Origin: Octopus bimaculoides
Taxonomy: Eukaryota
DNA length: 42,485 nt
Direction of reading: 5' to 3'
Assembly: GCF_001194135.2 (NCBI RefSeq)
Contig: NC_068990.1
Location: 49,986,499-50,028,983, forward strand
Part shown: piece after piece, positions 1 to 10,959 of the stretch
Layout of the letters: every line of letters begins with the position of its first letter
Numbering within the stretch: position 1 is the first letter of the stretch
The notes under the pieces: generated by a model
Databases searched by the model: none
What the model was told of the DNA's origin: nothing
What the model saw: the letters and a program-made list of their open reading frames with translations, nothing else
Program-made: the position numbers and the translations under genes

Positions 1-269
1 ATTTAACTGAGGCAGCATTCATCCAAACTTTCAAGATCCAACCTCAGATTTATCATCGCATTGTCTCTCTACTACCTCTGTCAAATGAATCACCAAAATT
101 GGCCTTTCATTATTTATAATCTGTACCTGTTTGTTTGCTTACGAAATAAGATACACAAAAACGTGTTTCTGAATTACGTGTATTTACTTTATATACATAT
201 GAGTTGAAAACTTTCTTCTAGCATTCCACTTAATATCTATGTTCCATGCTGGCATGGATTGGAGAGTTA

Positions 270-383
270 TTAATGTAGAAATATGGTATCGTAGCTACTA
301 ACAGTTGAGGGTTGCGTAGTCTAGACGGCGTTTTAGATTTCATTATTCTCTTTAACCCGGGCAACGCCGGGTGTTTCTGCTAG
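270..383 (+). mobile_element. Helitron 3' terminus
   Basis: GC hairpin CCCGG-gcaacg-CCGGG (356-371), then CTAG (380-383) followed by T: the canonical Helitron 3' end. The left boundary is approximate. Confidence 0.65.
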
Positions 384-418
384 TTGATATATAAAGTTTC
401 CCCAAACTTAAACATATA

Positions 419-1226
419 TCTAATATAATAAATGTGAATGTCAGTTTGTCACACTTTTTCAACTTTAATAAACCTTTTCTACTGGAAGCACAAGGCTTCA
501 AATTTTGGGGGAAGGGATTATGTTGATTACATCGACCCCAGTATGTAACTGGTACTAATTTTATCAATTCCGAAAGGATGAAAGGCAAAGTCGACCTCAG
601 AAGAATTCAAACTTACAACCTAACAGCAGACGAAATACCACTAAGTATTTCGCCCAGTGTGCTAACGAGTCTTCCAGCTTGCCGCCTTAATGTAATATAA
701 TATAATATAATACATGTGAATATATCAGTGTGTCACACTTTTTCAACTTTACTCCTAGAAGTCCAACATATCATACCATTTTGGAATCAGGCTGACTCTG
801 TGAGTAAATTAAAAACATTCCAGGCTGAATCTGGACCGATAATTCTGAAATTTTGGATTCCCAAGTTTTCATTACTGTGATTGTTTCCAGCAATTTTTTT
901 ATGTGACTTTTTGTGACAAATTTGTTTTGTACGATAACAATTTTTTTTACTCTAAAGGCCAACTCTGTGAGTAAATTAAGAACATTCTGGGCTGAATCCG
1001 GACCCACAATCCTGAAATTTGGGATTCCCAAGTTTTCATTACTGGAATTGTTTTTGGCAATTTTTTTTTACATAATTTTTGCGACGAATATGATCATCAT
1101 TGGGATATGACTCTAGAGGAAGCAATTGCAACAAATTCTTCAAAACAAGTCAGAGATCTGTCTGCAGATCTTCCTATTTGGGGTCGGTTGCTCAAAAGCT
1201 GCCCAATAGGGCAGCTTTTAAGCTAG
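419..1226 (+). mobile_element. Non-autonomous Helitron with internal tandem repeats and a nested SINE
   Basis: 5' end A|TCTAATATAATAAATG at 418/419. Internal ~167-bp-period repeats (ctctgtgagtaaatta...ttcccaagttttcattactg at ~797 and ~963). 3' hairpin AAAAGCTGCCC-aata-GGGCAGCTTTT (1194-1219), then CTAG|T (1223-1227). Confidence 0.7.
475..690 (-). mobile_element. tRNA-derived SINE, family A
   Basis: The reverse complement begins aaggcggcaagctgg...ttagca and carries the shared body (gtcgactttgcctttcatcc...actggggtcgatgtaatc) seen in the copies at 6150-6813. Confidence 0.75.
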
Positions 1227-1275
<49 letters not shown>

Positions 1276-1276
<1 letters not shown>

Positions 1277-1445
1277 GGTGCAAGTATGATTTCAAGGGTG
1301 CAGGCATGCCTGTGTGGTGAAGAATCTGCTTTGCAGCCATCTGGTTTTGAGTTCAGTCTCACTGCATGGCACCCTGTCTTGTCTTGTAGCCTTGTGCTGA
1401 GTATTGCCTTATAAGGGAATTTAGATGAAAACTGTGTAGAAGCCC
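1276..1445 (+). mobile_element. tRNA-derived SINE, family B (5' part, diverged)
   Basis: Aligns by eye to the full copies at 17704-18100 and 36842-37215 (tgtggtaag...gttcagtc...ggcacc...gtagaagccc). Confidence 0.55.
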
Positions 1446-1479
1446 ATCATGTGTGTGTGTGTACGTATGTATGTGTGTG

Positions 1480-2677
1480 TATGTATGTTCAAGAGCAATA
1501 AACACTGAAAATGTGCAGAGAACAACTTCTGCCACATTCCAGGGAGAAAAACTAGAAGTAGTTGATAGCTTCCGTTACCTAGGTGACCAAGTCAGTAGTG
1601 GGGGTGGGTGTTCTGAAAGTGTAGCTGCTAGAATAAGAATAGTCTAGGCGAAGTTCAGAGAGCTCCTACTTCTGCTGGTGACAAAGGGCCTCTTGCTCAG
1701 AGTAAAAGGTCGACTGTATGATGCATGTGTATGAACAGCCATGCTACATGGCAGTGAAACTGCTGAGGACATGCGTAAGCTTGCAAGGAACGAAGCCAGT
1801 ATGCTCCGCTGGATGTGTAATGTCAGTGTGCATACTCAACAGAGTATACGTGCCTTGAGAGAAAAGTTGGACCTAAGAAGCATCAGATGTGGTGTGCAAG
1901 AGAGACGACTGCGCTGGTAAGGTCATGTGGTGCAAATGGATGAGGATAGCTGTGTGAAAAAGTGTCACACTCTAGCGGTTGATGGAAACTGTGGAAGAGG
2001 TAGACCCAGGAAGACCTGGGATGAGGTGGTGAAGGACGACCTTCAAACATTAGGCCTCATCGAAGCAATGACTAGTGACCAAGACCTTTGGAAATATGCT
2101 GTGCTAGAGAAGACCCGGCAAGCCAAGTGAGACCTAACCCGTGGCCTATGCCAGTGGTGTAACCAGCCCACTTAGGCATACCTTTCTTTCACTGGACACA
2201 AAACTCTGCTTGCGAAGACCTGTTGAGGCAAGTGAAATCGAAATCAAATTCGATGACAGCACCGCATGACTGGCATTCGTGCTAGTGGAGTGCTAAGAGC
2301 ACGTAAAAAGCACCATTCAAGTGTGATCGTTACCAGTGTCGCCTTACTGGCACTTGTGCCGGTGGTACATGGAAAACAACATTCAAGCGAGGGCACTGCC
2401 AGTGTTGCTGGACTGGTTCCTATGCAGGTGATACATAAAAACACCATTTGAGCATGGCCATTGCCAGTACCGCCTGACTGGCCCTTGTGCCGGTGGTACG
2501 TAAAAGTACCCACTACACTCTTGGAGTGATTGGTATTAGGAAAAGCATCCAGCTGTAGAAACTCTGTCAGATCGGATTGGAGCCTGGTGCAGCCATCTAG
2601 CTCACCAGTCCCCAGTCAAACTGTCCAACCCATGCCAGCATAGAAATCGGACGTTAAATGATGATGATGATGATGAT
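1480..2677 (+). mobile_element. RTE-clade LINE, 5'-truncated (RT C-terminus, 3' UTR and (ATG)n tail)
   Basis: Interrupted frames EVVDSFRYLGDQVSSGGGC...RLYDACV...MLHGSET...RRLRW.GHVVQM...RGRPRKTWDEVVKDDL are typical RTE motifs. Ends ...ggacgttaaatgatgatgatg. Confidence 0.9.
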
Positions 2678-2691
2678 ATACTTATTCTTTG

Positions 2692-2746
<55 letters not shown>

Positions 2747-3924
2747 TCCTAGATAGCTCTATTTCCCTCTCTTTTGCTTTCTCTCCTTCTCTATCTTTCT
2801 AGCGTTGCCTTTGATGAACTTTAAACCTTTAACAGTAAGCTTAGTCTTTTTTTTTTCTCTGCCATATTGATTCTATTTCTAACATAGCAATGTATTATTA
2901 TATGCATAAACATAAACGACTAAGGCTAGTTCTTGCTGGCTTGGCATGACTTTCTTATGAAGAAAATATGCTGTTTTCTTTTTCTTCTCTAATTCACTAC
3001 CTAGACACCTATAACTTCCAGCTTGCTCCTGTTCTTCCTGTAACCATCCCACCCCCCAACCACTACCAGATAAACCAAACAGCTCATGTGAATAGTCATT
3101 TGCCACAAGGTTTTGTCATTAGGCAACAGCCCAAATCAAAATCAAAATAAAATAAAATAACAACCCTTAGTAATAAGCAGCATTAACTACCACACTGCTC
3201 TTTGGTTTAAGTTTCTCAGCTTCTACAACTAAAACTACTGTTAAAGTCCAATGTTTTTTCTCTCTGTACCTCTGTCTCATGGACCCCACATTTTTTCTTC
3301 CTCCTCCCCCACCCCTTTTTTCTTCACAGGTGCCAGGTGTTGGGCTGCTGGCAACTAAACCAGCAACCCCATAAAGCTTGCTTTGTGAGGAAGGTGCTTT
3401 TCTTGCTATTTGGTCACCCTGCAGGATTAAATACAAGACCTGTAAAAGCGGATGAACTCTGAAGAGTCAATAGCCATCCAAATTAGCAACTCTCATTACT
3501 AGCTATGCTGCTTATTAAGCCCTTACCCACTTAAGACAGCAGCAATAATAACAACTCTGCTGCCTTGTGGCAATACTCACTTAAGGGAAAGACTTCGGGA
3601 GTAAACTCCAAGGATAAATCAAGAGCCAGAGTCCCTAAGTCAGTTCAATACTGTAGATAACCTTGTTCTAGCAACTCCTGTGACCCCACTGGTGCCAAGT
3701 TGTATTGGCTCCTGCCCTTCCCTTGGATAACACTGGTGGCGGTGGAGAGAGGAGATGTGTTGTATGGGCAATTGCCAATCTCCCATGACTTAACTAGTAT
3801 TTTCCTGCTATCATCATCACGAGATCCTTTAGTATTGTTCTTGTTGTTAGCAGTAGTGGTCGTAGCAGTAGAAAAAGTACCTCTAAGTGTCATTATTATT
3901 GTTTATTTAGCATTGGTTGGAACT

Positions 3925-5385
3925 TATTAATAAAGTTCTTTTCTCAGATTGTTCTCTTGATTTCACTTGGACTGTGTACTTTGTAGAATGGAAATATGAT
4001 GAATATTTTCCGACCGCATGTTGCTAGATGGTTATTCAAAGGTATCTGACAGACATCTGAGTCTCTAATTTGCTGTTGGTGCACACATGAACGTTTTGAC
4101 AGTGCATTTGCAGTCTGACCCACATATAGTTCTTCACAATTCTGGCATTTGATGCAGTAAATCAAATTTCTGCTTTTGCAGTTCATATTTGTGTTTGTGA
4201 ATATTTTTCTGGTTTTTGTGTTCACATATTAGCCAGCATGTATGAATTGGCATGTGCTACATTAGCTATCATTGCATTTAGATACAGTGAATGATTGGTC
4301 TTTGTTGCTAAGGTCAAACTTTGCCTTTGTTAATAATTTTTTAAAGTTTTTAGGCTGTTTTTTTACTAAGAACCATAGCTCAATCTGTGATTATATCTTT
4401 TAATTCATTACTTTGAGCAGTGATTGGTAGGTTTGCTTTGGCAATGTTGAAGATATTCTGGCAATATGGGCTGCATGTCACTATAAATGGTATGACTTGT
4501 TCCTGTTTTCCTCTTCTTTGGGTTGTCCTCAGTTGTATGGGTATTTTTATAGCCCACTGTATGCCATTTTCTATAAGTAGAGACAAGTATTTTTGTTTGA
4601 GCAAAAATTCTCTTAGTTCNNNNNNNNNNNNNNTATGGGCTGCATGTCACTATAAATGGTATGACTTGTTCCTGTTTTCCTCTTCTTTGGGTTGTCCTCA
4701 GTTGTATGGGTATTTTTATAGCCCACTGTATGCCATTTTCTATAAGTAGAGACAAGTATTTTTGTTTGAGCAAAAATTCTCTTAGTTCTGTTAGGCATTT
4801 GTTCCTAATATTCACTTCTTCTACAATGGTACAAATTCTTCTGGCCAGGCAGTATGGGATGTTGTGTTTTGTATGTTGCGGACGGCATGACTTAAAATTC
4901 AGGTATTAATGTGTGTCCATGTATTTATAGTATATACCTGTGGTAATGGTGGTGTTCTTTTTAATTACCATTATATCTAGGAATGGTAATTTGGTACTAC
5001 TCGTCTCCTTTGTAAATTGTAGAGATGGATGTAGGTTGTTCAGGAGGATATTGAACTCTTCTAGAGTATTTAGAGATTCTGTCCAGATTATGAAGCAAGC
5101 ATCAAGATATTTCTTCTATGAATTTTCAATATACTTTTGAAATTCAATGCTATAGTTTGTGTAAACAGGAGCAAACCTCATTCCCATCACCATGCCTTTA
5201 ATTTGGATGTAATTCTTTCCATTGAAGAAGAATGCGTTGTTTCCCAGAATAAGTCTGACTGTGTCTAATATAAAATGGCACTGTAAATCTGTTGGAAATC
5301 ACTTCTCTATGTTTTTCTACCCAGTATTTAATCGCCTTTATTCCTAAATCATGTGGAATATTGGTGTAAAGGCTTACCACATCAA
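3925..5385 (-). mobile_element. Penelope-like retroelement relic (RT and GIY-YIG endonuclease)
   Basis: RT motif VSLYTNIPHDLG (5198-5380) and C-terminal GIY-YIG domain NLIYCIKCQNCEELYVGQT...KR..VH (3944-4225). Frameshifted and spans an assembly gap. Confidence 0.88.
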
Positions 5386-5419
5386 AACTAAGTAGAAGTA
5401 TATGAAATTTTGAATTTAG

Positions 5420-5488
5420 TTCATGAACCCCCAGTACTACCTTTGCAGACCACCAAGGAGTCTGCAGACCACAGGTTGGGAACCACTG
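5420..5488. mobile_element. hAT-type MITE end
   Basis: The terminus caggttgggaaccactg is the reverse complement of CAGTGGTTCCCAACC, a Charlie/hAT-like TIR. Confidence 0.45.
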
Positions 5489-5537
5489 CTCTAGACCATT
5501 TCCAATAACAAATGATGATTTTTATTCAAATATAGCT

Positions 5538-5680
5538 GCAGGAGTGACTGTGGTTAAGGTTTGCTTCCCAACCACATGGTTTCAGGTTAATGTGGCTCCT
5601 TGGGAAAGTGTCTTCTGCTATAGCCCCAGGCTGACCAAAGCCTTGGAGAAGCTTTGGTAGACAGAAACTGAAAGAAGCTT
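5538..5680 (+). mobile_element. SINE family B, 5' part
   Basis: gcaggagtgactgtggttaagg...cccaaccacatgg...gactgaaagaagc matches the other copies in the window. Confidence 0.7.
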
Positions 5681-6129
5681 CTCTCTCACTCTCTCTCTAC
5701 ATGCGTGCATGCACATGTGTGTGTGTATGAGTAAGTATATGTTTGTGTCTATTTGTCTTGGCAGTAATTGGTTGTTGTAAATGGATGACATTCACTTCCC
5801 ATATTCTGAAAAAATATGTCTGACCATGGGGAAATATATCTTGCTTGGAAATTAATAAGAGTTGGCTACAGAATACCATCTGTTCATAGAAAATCTGCCT
5901 CAAACTCTGTCCAAGCTATGCAAACATGGAAAAGTGGATGTTAAAATGATGATGACACAAAGTCAATTTCTGGAAAGGAAGGGAGTACATCTGAATGAAT
6001 AATTCACACTACATTACTAGTATTAAGATGACAGAGAGGTAGAAATAGTAAAGCAATGAAGCAATTACTTTACAGTATTTGTTTCTATCCCCCTCTTCTA
6101 TCCCCAAGGTACTGTCACATTTGCTTTTT

Positions 6130-6833
6130 ATTATTTTAAGAGCAAACAAATGCGGTGAGCTGGCAGAATCATTAGCATGCCAGACGAAATGCTTAGCGGT
6201 ATTTCGCCTGTCACTACCTTCTGAGTTCAAATTCCACTGAGGTTGACTTTGCCTTTCATCCTTTTAGGGTCGATTAAATAAGTACCATTTATGCACTGGG
6301 TTCAATGTAATTGACTTAATCCCTTCCCCCAAATTTGAAGCTTTGTGCTTCATTTGAAAGGATTATTTTAAGAGCAAACAAGGCGGCAAGCTGGCAGAAT
6401 CATTAGCATGCCAGGCAAAATGCTTAGTGGCATGACATTCTATCTGTGTCTCTGTTCTGAGTTCAAATTCTGCCAAAGTTAAATTTGGGGTCAATAAAAT
6501 AAGTACTAGTTGAGCACTGGGGGTCGAAGAAATCTGTCCCCTAATATTGCTGGCCTTGTGCCAAAATCTGAAACCATTGTTTTAAGAGCAAACAAGGTAG
6601 CATACTGGCAGAATTGTCACTGCAGTAGACAGAATTTTTAATGACATTTCTCTCAGCACTTTATGTTCTGAGTTCAAAAGCTGTCAAGATCATCTTTAAC
6701 TTACATCCTTTTGTGAGATGATAAAATGGAAGTACTAATCAAGTACTAGGGTTGATGTAATCAACTTGCCTCTCCTCTCAAAAATTGCTGGCCTTGTGCC
6801 AAAAATAGAAAAAATTATTTGAAGAGAAATAAC
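6130..6833 (+). mobile_element. Head-to-tail trimer of SINE family A with repeated spacer
   Basis: Three diverged units (~6150-6361, 6382-6575, 6596-6813). Each is preceded by ATTATTTTAAGAGCAAACAA or a close variant (6130, 6362, 6576; a degenerate copy at 6814). Confidence 0.8.
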
Positions 6834-7852
6834 ATAAGTATCTGCCATATACTGGGATCAACTATATTGTTTACCTAAAAATATTTGGACATGTACCAAG
6901 GTAATAAAAAACAAAACAGATATATTGCAGGAATTTTTATCATCCTCGGCACATTTTGAACTCAGCACAATAAGAAGCTGGTTGCAGTAACAGAACATTG
7001 ATTTCTTTTGAAAAGACACACCCAAAGTTAGATATTATTATTTTTAACCACAAATCTTAGGTTCAGGATATAGTCAATTGCACTGACACTTGTACTGAAC
7101 CAATACATTTTATTAACCCTGTAAAGAGGGAAGGTACAGTCAACCCAGTAAAGAGAGGACTTGAACAAAGAACACAGAGTGAAGTAACTAAACACTGCAT
7201 ATCCTACTGTTCCACTGATTCTGTTAGACCAATGACCTGTTAAATGTAATATGTTAATTTTGTGCAATGGCACAAGACTCCACAGTTCAATTTTAAAGAC
7301 CTTGTGCTTGTACCTCGTTTTACTGACATCAATGGCACTTGAAGTCAGAATATAAGTGACCTTAATTAAATAGTGCAAGGTATTTTGTCTGATGCATTAA
7401 CAATCTTATTGATCTTCCACTCTTACATGAAATATATTGTAATGTATTACTAAGACTTATTTTTATTACTCGTAACACCAATGTAGTTGTTGTTATTATT
7501 GCTGTTGGTTAGCCCCAGGTCAGTTCTTATTGAAAAGCTTTATAACCAAAGGAGTGCCACTTGTGATAAACATTTTTATAGGACTATTTAGAACTACATA
7601 ATCTAATTTTATATTATAATAGTGTGTAATTTGAGATAAATTTAGCTGCTACTTCTAGCAGGTTTATGACCATCTAATGGATCTCTCAAAGGCACAGGTT
7701 TTTATTAATAAGCTCCAAGTTGACTTTGATCAAATAGACCTATCATATAGGGATATTGTGACTACCACTTTTTCTTTTTTTTTCCTCACACTAGCATAAT
7801 CTATCCAGAACCAAATTATTCAGTATCCTTCCATTTATTAAAGATGATAGGT

Positions 7853-8012
7853 GCAGATGTGGTTGTATGGTAAGAGGCTTGCTTCCCAACTGCATAATTT
7901 CAGATTCAGTCCCACTGAGTAGCACTTTGGGCAAGTGTCTTCTACTGTAGCTTTGGTCTAACCAAAGCATTGTGAGTGTATTTGAGAGATGGAAACTGAA
8001 AGAAGTCTGTCA
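7853..8012 (+). mobile_element. SINE family B, 5' part
   Basis: Same head and body as 36842-37215. Confidence 0.7.
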
Positions 8013-9491
8013 TATATATATATAAGCATATATGTATATGTGTTTATAAGTGTTAATGTCTCCTTGTCTTGACGTTGCGTGATAGTTGTAAACAATTGTG
8101 GCCTTCATATCCATTATTCTGCGGCGGTGACGACAGCGACGACGATCACAGAGTATAATTTAAGAATTATTTGTTTGCTATTTCCTTACATTGATGTATC
8201 TAGCTGTGTAGGGTAGTGGTGCACTGCAATTTTTGAAAAATTATATAATTTAAAGTTTCGAAATTCTATACTTAATAGAGTGTCTTGAAAAAGACGTATT
8301 TCTTCACAATTTTGTTATACACAAGTACAATTAATAAAACAAGGTATATAGCGTAAACTAGAAAAAGTGTTCGACAGGCTCAGCTAAACATGCAAATACA
8401 ATTATTATCAAACATTCTAATTTTGTGTTTACTGCAAATTAGACGGTTAAACGCTGGATCCATTTTATTAAGAATCCATTTAAAACAAAATCTTGATTAC
8501 ACCCAACAGATAGACAAATTTTTTTTTTAATTTTAAACTCTAAAATACAGTTGCTTTTCTTTTTAACTTTCTATGTTAAGTGCGTCAGTAATGTCTTTGT
8601 TTGATCCTGAATGCGCCACAGAGTAAAGAATACTGACAACCACTGATGTAATTACATAGCTGCCAGGTTAAAAACGTCGCGTTGCCATCATAGCATCCTG
8701 GGGTAGATCCTCACAGCACAGTAATTTGGTTAAATAGCTTCTATAGTCTCAGGTTCTCATCCAAACGCTGTAAGTCAAATTAAGCTACCGGAAACTATGA
8801 AAACCTGTCGACTGTATTGTAACCTATATTTCAAACGAGCTAGCCTTGACGGGCACTTCATGCTAATTGGAAAACTTTATTATTGAAGTGCGGCACCAAC
8901 TGGAAATAACCTGCACTTGGTAAGCCTTGAATTCATGACTACATATTTACTTCCATCAATCAGCATCTAGTAAATGTCGTTTGACGGCCGAAGAAGTTTT
9001 AGTTTTATTCATATATTTCTAAATGTCTTTTTCTTTTGCTGGGTGTGTGTGTGTGTGAGATGGCAGGTGGTATTTTGATTCGCATTAAAAATGTTAGGGA
9101 CGATCCTTGGTATTTTTTTTTTTCATTTTAGAATTTTATAGGCTTAACAAAACGAAAACGAACAACTAAAACAAGTTCTAAACGATCTGATACAATAATC
9201 ACCCTCCTTTTCACTCATTCAAAATATTAAATATTAAAATTGGAAATTGTTATTGAAAGAAAATACAAAATATTTCAAATAGAGAATGAGGTAAGCAAGC
9301 ATGTGTGTAGTAGTAATTCAATACACATCTTATGTTGTACATAAGATAAGTGGAATAAATAGATAAGACTTTGTGATTACTACATTCTGAAATTTATGTA
9401 AACTAGTTATTTATTCTGATTGTTATCATAATAGTATTCTAAGGCAGAAGCAAAATATCCGAAAGAATTATTATATATAAAACAATATTAC

Positions 9492-9602
9492 CTTTCTCGA
9501 AATTATTTCTGATTGTCTGATTTTGTCTTCATCTGGTATTAAAGATAGAGTGTGTCTGCATTTCTTTCTCATCACAGCTTTTGCTGTTTGTATCGTGGCC
9601 AT
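9492..9602 (-). CDS. MTHFS: 5-formyltetrahydrofolate cyclo-ligase (MTHFS), coding exon 1; remaining exons lie left of the window
   Basis: Translates MATIQTAKAVMRKKCRHTLSLIPDEDKIRQSEIISRK (37 codons), resembling the MTHFS N-terminal helix (human ...AKRSLRGELKQRLRAMSAEERLRQSRVLSQK). Start context is acaatcATGG. The exon ends at a phase-0 donor AAG|gtaata at 9492/9491, at the same residue where the vertebrate first intron falls. I found no exon-2 motifs in 1-9490. Confidence 0.85.
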
Positions 9603-9691
9603 GATTGTAAGGGAAGTAACTGCTGCCACGCAAACTGAGTAACTGCCCTTGTTTTTGAGGCGAGTGAAAAACAATAAAAGAATATGTCTAC

Positions 9692-10113
9692 GTCGGCAAT
9701 AGTTTGTTGTTAAAAAGTTCGTTTGTAATGTTCTATACGTTCGATTGCAATGAAAAGTGAAGAATCTAAAGTTTTAAATCCTTACTTTTCGCCTGAGAAT
9801 GCGAAAGAGACGGATTTGGTTGTGACGTGATAAGTGAGATAATAATAGGAATTTGTTAAAGCTTATTGCATTTCTGTATTTAAAGTGTCATTAGTTGAAA
9901 AGTCTTTCAACTAATGACACTTTAAATACAGAAATGCAATAAGCTTTAACAAATTCCTATTATTATCTCACTTATCACGTCACAACCAAATCCGTCTCTT
10001 TCGCATTCTCAGGCGAAAAGTAAGGATTTAAAACTTTAGATTCTTCACTTTTCATTGCAATCGAACGTATAGAACATTACAAACGAACTTTTTAACAACA
10101 AACTATTGCCGAC
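9692..10113. repeat. Perfect 422-bp palindrome (arms 9692-9900 and 9905-10113, loop AGTC)
   Basis: Base-by-base comparison shows the right arm is the exact reverse complement of the left arm over 209 bp. Confidence 0.97.
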
Positions 10114-10143
10114 TATCTGATGACATACCTACCGCGGACAATA

Positions 10144-10455
10144 TTTTTTATTTTATTTATGCGCCCTTTTTTAAAGCCTAGTCAGGCTCATGGGCCTGGT
10201 TTCCCGGTTTCTACGGCGTGTGTCCCCCTCCCCCCAGCTGGACGGGACGCCTGTTCATCGCAGCGTTACTCAAGAAACAGGAAGAAAGAGTGAGAGAAAG
10301 TTGGGGCGAAAGAGTACAACGGGGTGTCGTCACCACCCATTGCCGAAGCCTTCTGGAGGTTTAGGTGTTTTCGTTCAATAAACACACGCAACGCCCAATC
10401 TGGGAATCGAAACCGCGAGTCCACTGCCCTAAACACTGAACCATTGCGTCTCCAC
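10144..10455 (-). mobile_element. tRNA-derived SINE, family C (intact-looking)
   Basis: Minus-strand head GTGGAGACGCAATGGTTCAGTGTTTAGG (A box), TTTCGATTCCC (B-box-like), central gcgatgaacaggcgtcccgtccag motif, and an A-rich tail (aaataaaataaaaa). Confidence 0.75.
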
Positions 10456-10548
10456 CCGCGGAAAATATACAGTGTCTTTAAGAAAAAGTGTATGAATCTC
10501 TTTAATGAAATACTGTCTATTTCTATGCCATTCCTGATTGCTCAGAAC

Positions 10549-10955
10549 TGTAGCGAACCCTACCAGTGAGAAAGGGAAATAAACGAGGGTTGCGTTTCCT
10601 ACTTCACTACAGGATATTCTGAATATGTTGTAACTTCCGGTGGGAATGCCAACAAGTGGCATTACAGCCAGTTGATATAAAAAGCGAAATACCGCGAAAT
10701 TCTCTCTCTTCCTCTTCTTACCTGGCTTTCTCTGGCACATTAGCACTTTGCCTGATCGCTCAACTTGTGCGGTCACACACACCTGATGTCTTGGACTTCC
10801 AACGACGAGTTTTATAATTAGCAGCCTTTAGATAAAATAACATGTTTGTATATATCTACCCTGTTATTCCATGCATTCACCTTTGTACCACTCAAATTGA
10901 TATAAATATAACGTGTATTTAAATCTATCTTAACGTCATTGCTTGCCCCACAACA
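10549..10955 (+). mobile_element. Putative solo LTR
   Basis: TG...CA termini (TGTAG...CAACA) flanked by CAGAAC/TAGAAC, a possible target duplication with one mismatch. Contains ACTTCCGGT (10633) and TATAAAA (10676) followed by a pyrimidine-rich tract. Confidence 0.45.
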
Positions 10956-10959
10956 TAGA

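Noticed and set aside
4465-4788. 155-bp exact direct repeat (4465-4619 and 4634-4788) in the Penelope relic
   Set aside because: The copies sit on either side of an N-gap, so this is an unmerged contig overlap.
6130-6833. CRISPR-like repeat-spacer array
   Set aside because: The ~215-bp 'spacers' are homologous SINE copies rather than unique sequences. The context is eukaryotic and there are no cas genes.
7028-7378. 116-codon minus-strand ORF as MTHFS exon 2
   Set aside because: None of the frames I read contains MTHFS exon-2 motifs (S.FLSM..E, CFIP, W.I.QP), and the ORF starts at a non-ATG codon.
9603-9674. N-terminal extension of MTHFS suggested by ORF 9471..9674
   Set aside because: The extension starts at a non-ATG codon. 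The first ATG (9602) has good context and aligns with the homologous N-terminus.
10117-10145. CTGATGA immediately after the large palindrome (hammerhead or C/D-box candidate)
   Set aside because: There is no stem II/GAAA, and no terminal stem with a D box.
10400-10455. tRNA gene
   Set aside because: A- and B-box-like motifs continue into a SINE body and tail, and no complete cloverleaf is evident. The same holds for the other SINE heads.
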